From positions 1-62,146 of IMG/VR virus record IMGVR_UViG_3300021519_000009: DNA of 62,146 nt; one strand, given 5' to 3'. Source of the DNA: a virus (taxonomy: Duplodnaviria > Caudoviricetes). Of the stretch, positions 8,702 through 18,755 are shown in pieces (within the stretch, counting starts at the first letter, position 1; every line of letters begins with the position of its first letter). A program made the position numbers and the translations under genes. A model generated the notes under the pieces. It ran no database searches, was not told the origin of the DNA, and saw nothing but the letters and a program-made list of their open reading frames with translations.

Positions 8702-11700
8702 AGAAATACTCGCCCACCGAGCAGGCTTTGCGGATTGCGCGCAACACGTTTGCGGGCGGCGGCGAGGCTGTGAAGAAGGCCATCAAGGCCTATCACGGCT
8801 CGCCGCATAATTTCGACAAGTTCGACTTGTCCAAGATCGGCACGGGCGAAGGCGCGCAGGCTTACGGGCATGGGTTGTATTTCGCGGAGAATGAGAAGGT
8901 TGCGGATGGTTATCGGAAGGTTCTTTCTCCACCAGATAGGCAGCGCGATGTGTCAACGTCTGTCGGCCCGTTGAGCGATGCGTTGAATCAATTCAGAGAC
9001 ACCAACCCGACTGCATTTCGAGGCGCATTAGAATATCATGTGCGCCAAAGTTATAAGCCGCCTGAGCAAGCGACGGCGATGATCAAAGATGAATTGCAGC
9101 GCACGATTGCAAATTATGAAGGTGGCCATATTCCAATGGACAAGGGATATGATGACGCAAAAGCTGCCATGCATTTCATAGACAATTATAATCCAAAAGT
9201 GACCCCGCAGACGCGCGGCGGCCATATGTACGAGGCCAACATCAACGCTGACCCAAAAAATTTCCTAGATTGGGATAAATCGGTGAGTAAACAGAGTGAT
9301 TATGCCCGATCTAATATTCTCAATGCCCTTAATGCCAGAGTTCCAGACAGCCCGAATGCACAAAACATGCTGCGGAATATACCTAGAGGTTACCAATACT
9401 CTGGCAAGGAGGCATATAAAGCGTTGCGTAACCCTTGGGATAGAAACGATGTAGATGCCACTAACGCCCTCCGTGAAGCTGGCATCCCCGGTATCAAGTA
9501 CCTAGACCGAGGCTCCCGCGCCGCTGGCGACGGCTCCCGCAACTACGTCGTGTTCGACGACAAGATCATCGACATCGCCAAGAAGTACGGCATCGGCCTG
9601 CCGGCAGCCGCCGCGCTGTACCAGACGATGAACCCGGACAGCGGTCAGGCGCAGGCGGCGACCGCTTCAGCGCCGGTAGCAGCGCCGAACGCCTCGCAGG
9701 CCAGCGGCTGGAACGCCGGACCGTCCGTGCCGCAACAGCAGACCGGCATTGGCGCGGTGTCGCGGCAGTTGAGCGACTGGGGCGAGCGCACCGCTAGCGA
9801 CGTGGGGGACGTCGCCAAGTACGTCTACAACAATCCCGGCCAGACCTATGATATGGCCAAGCAGGCCGCGATCGACGCCGCCAAGTGGGCGTACAACAAC
9901 CCCAGCGAGGCTGGTGGCAAGGCCGCCGAGATGGTCGCCAGTGGCATTCCCAAGTTCGTCCCGAGCGGCCTGTGGGGGCCGTCAGGCCTCCTGAACCCCG
10001 ACCCAGCCAACGGCGGCGAGGACACCGACGCGCTGATCGCTCGCCTGAAGGCTAAGCAGTCTGAGCAAGGGCAGCCCGACCAGACGTATCAGGGGTATGC
10101 TCATGGCGGCCCGGTCGCGCTCGCCAAGAGTATTATCAAGGTAGGTAATAACACCTACTCGCCGCAGGAAATCCGCGCCGTGCTGCAGAAGATCGCCAGC
10201 ATGGGCATCAACAAAGACAAGATCCTCGCACAAATCACGCCGCGTGAGGCTGCGATCCTGAAGATGCACGGCGGGTCCGGCCGCATCAACCCCCGCACTG
10301 GCCTGCCGTCCTTCGACGATGGCGGCGGAGGGGGCGAAGGCGGAAGTGAGGGCGGCGGCGGAGGGAACGAAGGCGGAAATGAGGGCGAGGGTGGCTACGG
10401 CAACGAGGGAGACAGCCTCGGCAGTAATGAAGCCCCTGGAGAACAGAGCCAAAGCCAGCAGGATCAGCAGGATCAAAGTCAGTACAGCTATAACCCATCT
10501 GATCAGTATGGCGCTGACTACATAGGGCCTGGCTACAGCGGTGCCAATTCGGATCAGGGGAGCCTGTTTTCCACGTCCGCGTATGACGACAACAGCATGC
10601 CCAGCATGAATAGCATCAACTCGAATTTTAATAGCGTGAACGATGCGTTGGTTGCTGCGCTGAACGCGACTGCGCCTCCGGACGCGCAATGGGGTCAGGT
10701 CAGCACTGCGCCGGCGGCCCCATCGGCCCCGTCTGCGCCGCCCGTCGCAGCGCCCGTGGCTCCGTCTGCGCCGTCTGTCGCGCCGTCCGCGCCTGTGGCT
10801 GCGCCTGACCCGGTCAGCGCCGCGCGGTCCGTCGCAGCGCCCGTGGCTGCGCCTGACCCGGTCAGCAACCCGTCTCCTGCGTCGGCCGCCCCAGCGATGC
10901 AGAACGCAAATCCATCTTATGTGGATCAAACAATCGACCATGTAAGCCCTAACGATTTGACGTTTTCCGCCCAGCCGGACCCCGATATGGCTGCCATCTC
11001 GCAGAACCACAACATCACCGATATGCTGGATGCGGATGCGGCGGCGGTTGCCGCAAGGGGCGCGGAAGCGCGGGCAGCAGAAGCGTTGGCGCATGACGAA
11101 GTGAGCCAGTCTATCGGTCCAGCTAATGCACCTTTTGGCGCATTCAGCACGTACGGGGCGGTTACACCGGACAGTACGCCGACCCCGACGCCTGATAGTA
11201 CGCCGGCCCCAACATCTACACAGACCAATGCAGCCCCGTCCCCGTTCGGGTCTGGGCTATCGGCTATCGGAAGTGCATTGGGCGACTTTTTCAGTGTTGG
11301 CTCCGCCAAGGCCAGCGAAGCCAATACTCCCGCCAGAACGGGTGAACCCACCGACGCTGAAATATCTGCTCTGTTCAATAGCGCGCCCATCAACAACGGT
11401 CCTGTCGTCAATACCACTAACGCTCCCATTCTGGATGTGTTTGGGCGATCCGACCAGCCGGTAAGTAGTTCTGGTTTCGGCTCTGTGGGTGCGGCGTCAA
11501 ACAATGCCGGCGGGATCGGGACTGGCACAGCCGGCTCTGCCCCCGGAACAGCGCCCGGTTCAAGCACAGTCGGCACTGCCGCAACTGAGCAGGCGGCCAC
11601 GTCTGGCAGCCCCGCATCTCAGGGTGTTGGAATAGGCGCGGGGGCGCAGGGCATGGCCTCCAGTCTGATGGGATCGCTGTTTGGCGGTGCCACCAGCGCC

Positions 11701-14700
11701 GAAGCTAATACAAATCCAACGCAGCAGTTCACCACAACACCCCTTACAGTCAGTGCAGCCACAGCGCCTGCAATTGGAAGCGTACCACTAGGTGCATTCG
11801 GCGGGGCGTCTAATGCATCAGGGTCGACAACTAATCAGGATCGCGCAATCGAGGCGGCGCAGATCGCCGCGCGTAATGCGCAGCGTAATAACTTTTCGGG
11901 CATCAACTACGACGCACAAACCCTCAACGCACCAATTCCGACGCAGCGCGGTCTGTCCCAGCAGACGTATGCCGACCAGTTGGCGTTGGCTCGCACGATC
12001 ATTGGCGAGCATCGCGCCGTAAATAGCGCAAGCCAGGCGGACATTGAGGGGCAAAATTCGCTCGCTCAAGCAGCCGTAAATCGCGCCATAGCGCAAGATG
12101 GCATTGGCGTGCGGGGCGGCCCGGCAGCACGCGGATCCGTAGCCGGCCAGACGACAGCGCGGAGCCAGTTCTCCTGGATGACAAATGCTGGCGACCCATC
12201 GCACGCAAACCGCAATGCGGTGGCATCGGCGGAGCGCAATAATTCGCAAGCGTGGCAAAACGCCATGGCTCAAGCGGCGGACGTTATCAGCGGGCAGGCG
12301 GCCAATCAGATCGGCCCCTCGACTATGTATCGTACGCCTGTCTCGCGGCCGGGCTGGGCGAACACGCTTCCGATATACGGTAATAGTGGCCCGCATGTCT
12401 TCCACACGAACCCTGCATCTGTAGCGCGCATCGATCAAGCGCGGAACGCTAATCCAGACTCTTTGTTTGAGGCCAATAACCCCCCACTCCGCGCATCCGG
12501 CGGCCGCGTCGGGTATGATGATGGCGGAGATGTGCCTTTGCGTGACGAAGACACGTATGGGAGAGACACGTCTGCGGAAGACGTCGCCCGTGCGATAGCT
12601 CTGAGTAAGACTGTAAACGACAGTCTTGCGCAGACCCAGCCAACTCGCGAAATACAGCCAGATTTGATGAGCTCCGCTGCAGGTGAGGCTCCTGTTGGAT
12701 CTGATATCACGTGGGACGAGTTCAACCGCCCCATGCGTAATGGTCAGCCGATCCAGTATGATCGTCGTCCGAGTGTGCTTCCGCTAACGCGCAATGATCA
12801 GGGCGGAATTGATTTTGCCATGCCGCGCATTGCGGACATTGCTGGTAACATTATGGGCGGCGTAGTTGCGCCCGTCACGGCTCGAGCCGGGCAGGCTGTT
12901 CTGGGGTCTGGTCCGGTGCGTAGGGCACTGGAAGTTGCGGCCAGTAATACGCGGCCCGTTGCTCAGGCTGCTCGAGAACTGTCCCCGCTTGGCCTCTACA
13001 GCCACGGCGCTGAGACGGCGGCTGGCTTGCCGCAGGCCAAGGGAACGCCAGAACAAATGATTGCAAACCTTCGCCGTGCTTCCGTGAAACCTGAAGAACT
13101 TTATACTTCTGGCATCGCTGACGAAACAGCTACGCTTGCCAAGCGCACAATGATTGAGAGCGAGTACGCCCCGAAGGTTGAGGCTGCCAAGCAGGCGATG
13201 GAGGGACTAGTGCCGGGGACGCCTGAGTTTAAGGCGGCTGAACGTCAGTTCAAGAACATCAGCAGCTCTATGCGTTCTGAAATGGATAACGCAATGGTCT
13301 TGCATCCTGACTGGGCTTCGCGCCCCAGCGTCACCCGCGAAGAACTTGCGAAGCACTTCAATGAGCGGATGCCACAGATTGATGAGACGGTGTTGGGTGG
13401 TCGCGGTAAACCTGAAATGGATGAGGCGGCAAAACAAAAATGGATTGAAGATCGGGCGGCGGAACGCGCATACAATTCAGGTGATATAGAAAGAATTAGA
13501 GATTGGCGGGATGCTTCGAATGAAGTTCGCGATTGGCATCTTGATGAAGCAACATCTTATTTTAATGAATTGATGGCAACTAGCCCTGATTTTGCAGGTA
13601 GATTTCAAACAGTTGGAGCAGGAGGCGCAACAAAATTCCAACAATACACATTGCCCGGCGGCGAGAACTACCGCGAAGTGTTGTTGAAGTTAAACAGGCC
13701 ACAGGCGAAGGTTGTAGAGCTTGAAGGCGGCGGCGGACGATGGGGCGTCCAAATGCCCGACGGAACAATAACTTCCCGGTATTATGAGAAATTTGATGCT
13801 GAACAAGCTGTTCGCTTTGACGCTCAAAAAGCCGGAGTTACGTTTACAGACCCTCACTGGGACGACCCCGACGTCCTCGCGCATCTTCGTCTTAGCGACC
13901 GTGTCGGACCGAACGGTGAGAAGATCCTGCATGTCGAGGAGGGCCAGAGCGGCTGGGGGCAGAAGGGGAGGAAGGAGGGGTTTAAGCAGCAGCCCGATCC
14001 GGCAAAGGAAAAGCCGTTGCTTGAGGCTCAACAAGATACGCAATTTGCGTGGGAAAAAGCTCGCTCTGATTTCCTCAAAGCGCATGAGGATTACACACAA
14101 GGCTTGCGTAATAGATATGAGCAAATGGCTGAGAGATGGGGCGTAACTCCTGAACAAGCAGCCGCTGATAATGCAAAATCTCTGCAAGAATGGAAAGACA
14201 TGCCAATGAGGCAAAAACTTTCCAACGCTCAGAGTGAGTTTATGCGTTCTGAAAATCCTGCTGAATTACCGCATTACGCGCAGCGCGATGCAGAGGTTGC
14301 CGCAGCACAAAAAAGGGACGAAGCCAGAAACGCTTTGATTGCCTATCAAAAGTCGATTGATACAGGCATCCCCACCGCCCCCTACGTCACCAGCACACAG
14401 GGCTGGACTGACCTCGCCTTGAAGCGCGCCCTGCGTGAGGCGGCTGAAGGCGGGTATGACAAGCTTGTCTGGACGCCGGGTGCGGAACAGGCGAAGAGGT
14501 ATAGCTTGAGCAATCAGGTTGATCGGCTTCAGTACATTAAAAATGATAATGGAACTTACGCGGTTATCCCATACAAAAATGGGGAGCCACTCCATCGAAT
14601 TGAGCGCGACAATATCCCAGAGAAAGAACTTGAGTCACTATTTGGCCGAGATGTCGCTGAGAAGATGCGAGCTTATGAAGGCGATGTTGACGGCAACGCC

Positions 14701-16338
14701 CGTTCTCTTTCGGGACAAAACCTTGAAGTCGGCGGTTCCGGCATGAAGGGCTACTACGACAAAATCTGGCCGAACCAGTTGGGCAAGCTGGTGAAGAAGC
14801 TTGATCCGGAGGCTAAATTTGAACAAACAAAAATATCCACAGGTGATGACACCATCACATCTCGTGGTGTCAGCCACGCACAATTTTACACCATGACACC
14901 TGAACAACGACGCGCTGCAATTGAGGCGTCATCGCCTCCATCAGTGTCTGTCCCCTCCCTCACCATCACCCCCAAGATGCGCGAGAGCATCCTGCGCGGG
15001 CAGCCGCACATGGCCGACGGCGGCTCCGTCGATGTCGACAAGGCCCTGCAGGTCGCGCGTGGTTATGCAGACGGCGGGGGTATTGATGCCGATCAGCCGC
15101 CCGAGCCAACATGGACCGACCGGCTGTCGAGCCTCGCGCAACAATTTAACCCCATTGGAAGCGCCGAAGCTGGGACGCTGAACACAATCGCGAAGGCCGT
15201 GAGAGCCGCCAAGGGCGTAGTGCCGAAGGTGGCGGAGGAGGCTGCGCCAGCAGTGAAGAGCGCCCCGCAGGCAATAACCAAGACCGGCGCGGACCTCATC
15301 GCTAAAGATCCACTGGCTGCTGAAGTGAAATTGTCTGAGCGTGGTTTAGGCGGGACGCCTGAAGGGATGCGCGTCAAAGACGTTGAATATAAATACGTTC
15401 CAAATAATACGGCCGAGCCGTGGAAACCATTCAATCCAGAAGACATATATAAAGAGCGCGGCTATGTTACTCCGGCAGTTGGAGACAAAACTAGAGCTGG
15501 CGCGGATTTGATTGAAGTAAATGGAGTGAAGGTTACCGAACCATTTAATTTGGGTGGGGGAGGTGAATTTTCCAGAAACAACCCACTGGCGTGGGCGTCA
15601 AGGCCGGCGGCAGTTAAGGGTATGTATACCGGCATAAAAAAGGGGGATGTTCCGGAAGGCTCTCCTATTTTTATGAGCCATACAATTATGGGTGACTACC
15701 TCAATCCGCCATCATCTAGCGACTCTACCCAAATGATGGCGAAGGCCATCCTTCGACAGATCAACCCCACTTTGGGTAAAATTGACCCGAAAGCTGCTGA
15801 GAATTACGATGATTTTGTTCGTAATATAGCGAAGGGAAAATATAAAGATTGGCCCGGTATACTTAATCCAGAAGACGCAGAAAGATATCTTGCGACAAAA
15901 GAAGACGGCACCAGAACCAGACTTATAATGCAGGCGCTGGACACTGCTAAGAGACAAGCTGGGGGACTTCCTAACATTGGGGCGGCGCGCGCGGCGTTGA
16001 TGGAGCCGCGTTTATTGACATCTAACAATTTGTCCTCTGGATTCTCGATCTCCGAATTAGACCCAATGCTCAGGACCGGAAAAACCGTTCACGATACATA
16101 CCCGGTTGGTATGTTGGGTAAATATAGAGGCGGAACCGAATATCAGATCCCTGGTCAGCTTATGTTTCCAGAATGGTGGAAGGGAACAGGTAAAATAACA
16201 CAGCCACAAGGGTATGTTAGGTCACTTATGACTCAAATGCCGGTTCAAAAAGCCACGCAAGAGTGGCTCGATAACATCATGCGTCACACTGAGCGCAGCG
16301 GCGCAAAGTGGGGTTATCGCCTCGGGGGTAGTGTGTAG
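8698..16338 (+). CDS. Giant multi-module (polyvalent-like) protein: ADP-ribosyltransferase-like, SleB-like cell-wall hydrolase and LPD-type modules
   Basis: AYHGSPHNFDKF..GHGLYFAEN..GIKYLD..NYVVFD; LARTIIGE..AVNR..QFSW..GPHVF; GGENYREVLL..HWDDPDVLAHLR..HVEEGQS. Confidence 0.8.
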   Translation: MKKYSPTEQALRIARNTFAGGGEAVKKAIKAYHGSPHNFDKFDLSKIGTGEGAQAYGHGLYFAENEKVADGYRKVLSPPDRQRDVSTSVGPLSDALNQFRDTNPTAFRGALEYHVRQSYKPPEQATAMIKDELQRTIANYEGGHIPMDKGYDDAKAAMHFIDNYNPKVTPQTRGGHMYEANINADPKNFLDWDKSVSKQSDYARSNILNALNARVPDSPNAQNMLRNIPRGYQYSGKEAYKALRNPWDRNDVDATNALREAGIPGIKYLDRGSRAAGDGSRNYVVFDDKIIDIAKKYGIGLPAAAALYQTMNPDSGQAQAATASAPVAAPNASQASGWNAGPSVPQQQTGIGAVSRQLSDWGERTASDVGDVAKYVYNNPGQTYDMAKQAAIDAAKWAYNNPSEAGGKAAEMVASGIPKFVPSGLWGPSGLLNPDPANGGEDTDALIARLKAKQSEQGQPDQTYQGYAHGGPVALAKSIIKVGNNTYSPQEIRAVLQKIASMGINKDKILAQITPREAAILKMHGGSGRINPRTGLPSFDDGGGGGEGGSEGGGGGNEGGNEGEGGYGNEGDSLGSNEAPGEQSQSQQDQQDQSQYSYNPSDQYGADYIGPGYSGANSDQGSLFSTSAYDDNSMPSMNSINSNFNSVNDALVAALNATAPPDAQWGQVSTAPAAPSAPSAPPVAAPVAPSAPSVAPSAPVAAPDPVSAARSVAAPVAAPDPVSNPSPASAAPAMQNANPSYVDQTIDHVSPNDLTFSAQPDPDMAAISQNHNITDMLDADAAAVAARGAEARAAEALAHDEVSQSIGPANAPFGAFSTYGAVTPDSTPTPTPDSTPAPTSTQTNAAPSPFGSGLSAIGSALGDFFSVGSAKASEANTPARTGEPTDAEISALFNSAPINNGPVVNTTNAPILDVFGRSDQPVSSSGFGSVGAASNNAGGIGTGTAGSAPGTAPGSSTVGTAATEQAATSGSPASQGVGIGAGAQGMASSLMGSLFGGATSAEANTNPTQQFTTTPLTVSAATAPAIGSVPLGAFGGASNASGSTTNQDRAIEAAQIAARNAQRNNFSGINYDAQTLNAPIPTQRGLSQQTYADQLALARTIIGEHRAVNSASQADIEGQNSLAQAAVNRAIAQDGIGVRGGPAARGSVAGQTTARSQFSWMTNAGDPSHANRNAVASAERNNSQAWQNAMAQAADVISGQAANQIGPSTMYRTPVSRPGWANTLPIYGNSGPHVFHTNPASVARIDQARNANPDSLFEANNPPLRASGGRVGYDDGGDVPLRDEDTYGRDTSAEDVARAIALSKTVNDSLAQTQPTREIQPDLMSSAAGEAPVGSDITWDEFNRPMRNGQPIQYDRRPSVLPLTRNDQGGIDFAMPRIADIAGNIMGGVVAPVTARAGQAVLGSGPVRRALEVAASNTRPVAQAARELSPLGLYSHGAETAAGLPQAKGTPEQMIANLRRASVKPEELYTSGIADETATLAKRTMIESEYAPKVEAAKQAMEGLVPGTPEFKAAERQFKNISSSMRSEMDNAMVLHPDWASRPSVTREELAKHFNERMPQIDETVLGGRGKPEMDEAAKQKWIEDRAAERAYNSGDIERIRDWRDASNEVRDWHLDEATSYFNELMATSPDFAGRFQTVGAGGATKFQQYTLPGGENYREVLLKLNRPQAKVVELEGGGGRWGVQMPDGTITSRYYEKFDAEQAVRFDAQKAGVTFTDPHWDDPDVLAHLRLSDRVGPNGEKILHVEEGQSGWGQKGRKEGFKQQPDPAKEKPLLEAQQDTQFAWEKARSDFLKAHEDYTQGLRNRYEQMAERWGVTPEQAAADNAKSLQEWKDMPMRQKLSNAQSEFMRSENPAELPHYAQRDAEVAAAQKRDEARNALIAYQKSIDTGIPTAPYVTSTQGWTDLALKRALREAAEGGYDKLVWTPGAEQAKRYSLSNQVDRLQYIKNDNGTYAVIPYKNGEPLHRIERDNIPEKELESLFGRDVAEKMRAYEGDVDGNARSLSGQNLEVGGSGMKGYYDKIWPNQLGKLVKKLDPEAKFEQTKISTGDDTITSRGVSHAQFYTMTPEQRRAAIEASSPPSVSVPSLTITPKMRESILRGQPHMADGGSVDVDKALQVARGYADGGGIDADQPPEPTWTDRLSSLAQQFNPIGSAEAGTLNTIAKAVRAAKGVVPKVAEEAAPAVKSAPQAITKTGADLIAKDPLAAEVKLSERGLGGTPEGMRVKDVEYKYVPNNTAEPWKPFNPEDIYKERGYVTPAVGDKTRAGADLIEVNGVKVTEPFNLGGGGEFSRNNPLAWASRPAAVKGMYTGIKKGDVPEGSPIFMSHTIMGDYLNPPSSSDSTQMMAKAILRQINPTLGKIDPKAAENYDDFVRNIAKGKYKDWPGILNPEDAERYLATKEDGTRTRLIMQALDTAKRQAGGLPNIGAARAALMEPRLLTSNNLSSGFSISELDPMLRTGKTVHDTYPVGMLGKYRGGTEYQIPGQLMFPEWWKGTGKITQPQGYVRSLMTQMPVQKATQEWLDNIMRHTERSGAKWGYRLGGSV

Positions 16339-16526
16339 TCAAATATCTGTCCTACCGTCGCCATAACGGAGTTAAATGTGTTTGCAATTTTAGGGTCTGT
16401 AAAATCGAATACTTCGCAGGAGTACACGAGAGTGATGACCGCATCCATTATGTTGTTGTACAGCCTATCCGCCACATCCGGGGTTAGATACTCGGTGTCG
16501 TCACCAATGATGTGTTCGTCTTCCAT
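16314..16526 (-). CDS. Small acidic protein convergent with the giant gene
   Basis: MEDEHIIGDDTEY..., GAGGAG RBS, 25-bp 3-prime overlap with giant gene. Confidence 0.55.
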   Translation of the reverse strand: MEDEHIIGDDTEYLTPDVADRLYNNIMDAVITLVYSCEVFDFTDPKIANTFNSVMATVGQIFDYTLPPRR

Positions 16527-16601
16527 TTCCCATCTCCTCATTTGCCCACCGAACATATCACAGAATGTCAAATAATCAACCCCACACTCGAGGACACTGA
16601 C

Positions 16602-16871
16602 ATGGCCGGAGCATGGACCAGAAAAGAAGGCCAGAACCCGGAAGGCGGCCTGAACGCCAAGGGGCGCGCATCCGCCAAGGCCGAAGGTCACCACCTGAAG
16701 CCGCCAGTGAGTTCAAAGCAGGCCGAGCACAGCCCTGCGGACGCACAGCGTCGCGAGAATTTTCGCACCCGCATGTGCGGCATGAAGGAAAAATTGACGT
16801 CCGCCAAGACGGCGCACGACCCCAACAGCCGGATCAATCTCGCGCTGAAAAAGTGGGACGTAAAATGTTGA
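16602..16871 (+). CDS. DUF6321-like phage protein
   Basis: AWTRKEGQNPEGGLNAKGRAS...FRTRMCGM...DPNSRINLALKKW; GAGG RBS. Confidence 0.7.
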   Translation: MAGAWTRKEGQNPEGGLNAKGRASAKAEGHHLKPPVSSKQAEHSPADAQRRENFRTRMCGMKEKLTSAKTAHDPNSRINLALKKWDVKC

Positions 16872-16943
16872 GATTCAGCTCGTCGCCCAGCGATGCTGTG
16901 CAATTCCCATGGGTAGCCGGGACGCCGGCAAGGAGTGACTCCA

Positions 16944-18047
16944 ATGTCTGAAGCATCTGTCGCCGCGCGAGCGGCCATGAAAGCCAAGGCCAATCGCCTT
17001 GTGCAGCATAACAACGGTAAGGTCGACGCGACGTCTGGCGACCTCCCGAAGGCCTTCGACGCGACGCCCAAGACCGGCCAGCGGCCCGTCACCAAGGCCT
17101 ATGCGTCAGGCGGCAAGGTCCACGGCGAGGAAGCCCACAAGCGCGCCGACCGCATGCCTCGCAAGAAGCGCGAGGATGGCGGCAAGGCCGACGCGGCTGA
17201 AGATAACGCCACCACGTCCGCCGAGTATCGCAAGCGCCTCGAGGCGGCCCAGAGCGGCAAGAGCGAGGAAGCGTCCGAGCGCAAGCGCGGCGGCCGCACC
17301 GGCAAGATGGGCGGCGGCCCCCTCATGGCGGCTAACGCCCGCGCAGGCGCTGCGCAGCTGCTCGGCGAGAACCGCGCAGGTGTCCCGGCAGGCCTGATGA
17401 ACTTCACCAAGAAGCAGGGCACGCCACTGCCTGGCTCCAAGGCTGGCGGCAAGGTCGAGAAGCACGAGGACGCCGCTGAAGACAAGAAGCTCATCAAGTC
17501 AATGGTCAAGAAGGAAGACCTGAAGCGCCGTGCATCTGGCGGGAGAAACGAAAGCGGCGAGCCGACCATGGAAGAAATCCATGGGAGCAAGGCAGATTGG
17601 CGGAAGGTCGGAGATAATGTTTATGGTCCTCGGCCAAAGCCTACTCCAAAACCGGCTCCCGTACCTTCTTCTGAAGAGTCTACCGAAAAACGGTATGGGG
17701 GTCGCACCGCCCGCAAGCACGGCGGCCGCACGGGCAAGACCGCAGTCAATATTGTTATCGCCACAGGCAAGCACCCGGCTGACGCGATGGGCGGTCCCGG
17801 CGCACCCCAGATGATGGGACATCCGATCCCGCCGCAGATGCAGCCGCCTGCGGGCGGTCCTCCCGGCGCTGGCGGGCCGCCCATGATGCCGCCCGGCCTT
17901 CCTGCGGGCGGCCCTCCGATGCCGCCTCCGGGCATGCCCATGGGCCGCAAGCGTGGCGGCCGCACCAACTACCCGATTGACACGGGCGCTGGCGGTGGTC
18001 AGGCGCGGCTGGATAAAATCAAGGCCTACGGGATGACCCAGAAGTAA
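16944..18047 (+). CDS. Basic, Gly/Pro-rich protein with about nine xxGG repeats
   Basis: YASGG, REDGG, RKRGG, KMGGG, KAGG, RASGG, RYGG, RKHGG, RKRGG; AAGGAG RBS. Confidence 0.75.
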   Translation: MSEASVAARAAMKAKANRLVQHNNGKVDATSGDLPKAFDATPKTGQRPVTKAYASGGKVHGEEAHKRADRMPRKKREDGGKADAAEDNATTSAEYRKRLEAAQSGKSEEASERKRGGRTGKMGGGPLMAANARAGAAQLLGENRAGVPAGLMNFTKKQGTPLPGSKAGGKVEKHEDAAEDKKLIKSMVKKEDLKRRASGGRNESGEPTMEEIHGSKADWRKVGDNVYGPRPKPTPKPAPVPSSEESTEKRYGGRTARKHGGRTGKTAVNIVIATGKHPADAMGGPGAPQMMGHPIPPQMQPPAGGPPGAGGPPMMPPGLPAGGPPMPPPGMPMGRKRGGRTNYPIDTGAGGGQARLDKIKAYGMTQK

Positions 18048-18079
18048 TCGGGCCGGATTGGTATACGGGCCGATAACAA

Positions 18080-18110
18080 CGGCGGGGAAGGGTTCTGCGT
18101 TTCCCCGCCG
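18080..18110. other. Intergenic stem-loop
   Basis: CGGCGGGGAA...TTCCCCGCCG, 10-bp stem. Confidence 0.5.
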
Positions 18111-18133
18111 ATTACCATCAAGGGGAACACTAT

Positions 18134-18334
18134 ATGCTGACCTACGAATCCCATTTCGAGGAGAAGCTGAAGCGGTTGATTGAAGATGCAATAGATCAAC
18201 TCAAAGAGAACTTGACGCATAGCATCACAATTCCAGACCTTGCTCACTACAAGGAAATCGCAGGGAAGATCGCCGGCCTGCGCACGGCGATGGATCTTTG
18301 CGACGAAGCCAACAAGCTCGCGCAGGAACACTAA
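18134..18334 (+). CDS. Small helical protein typical upstream of phage GroES
   Basis: 66 aa; YKEIAGKIAGL. Confidence 0.7.
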   Translation: MLTYESHFEEKLKRLIEDAIDQLKENLTHSITIPDLAHYKEIAGKIAGLRTAMDLCDEANKLAQEH

Positions 18335-18351
18335 CCTAAGGGGAACTACCT

Positions 18352-18744
18352 ATGCCAGTCATGAAAATGCAGCACGACAAGGATCCGAAGACGGACATCA
18401 TCGACAAATTGGGCGACCTGTCCGACTTCGACGTGATGGATAATCGCGCACTTTTGGCGATTTACGTCCGGCCCAAGAAGACGGCGGGCGGCATCATGCT
18501 GACCGACAAGTATGTCGACGAAGACAAGTTCCAGGGCAAGGCCTGCCTTGTCGTCAAGGCCGGCCCGCACGCCTACTCGCCGGAGCCCGGCTCGCTGTTC
18601 GAGACTTCGGACATCAATGTCGGGGACTGGGTGATCGTTCGAGCCTCGGACGGCATGAACATCTCCATTCGCGGCGTCGAGTGCAAAATTATCCGTGACG
18701 ACGTGACGATGATGCGGATCCCGCAGCCTGACGAGATTTGGTGA
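18352..18744 (+). CDS. groES: Co-chaperonin GroES-like protein
   Basis: KKTAGGIML mobile loop, VVKAGPHAY, VGDWVI, IIRDDV. Confidence 0.85.
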   Translation: MPVMKMQHDKDPKTDIIDKLGDLSDFDVMDNRALLAIYVRPKKTAGGIMLTDKYVDEDKFQGKACLVVKAGPHAYSPEPGSLFETSDINVGDWVIVRASDGMNISIRGVECKIIRDDVTMMRIPQPDEIW

Positions 18745-18755
18745 TGGAGAAAATC

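Noticed and set aside
10700-10870. APSAP/APVAAPDPVS repeats as a separate element
   Set aside because: Low-complexity coding linker within the giant protein
18045-18115. tRNA-like GGATTGGTATACG stretch
   Set aside because: No T-arm or acceptor stem could be built; I found no convincing tRNA in the window
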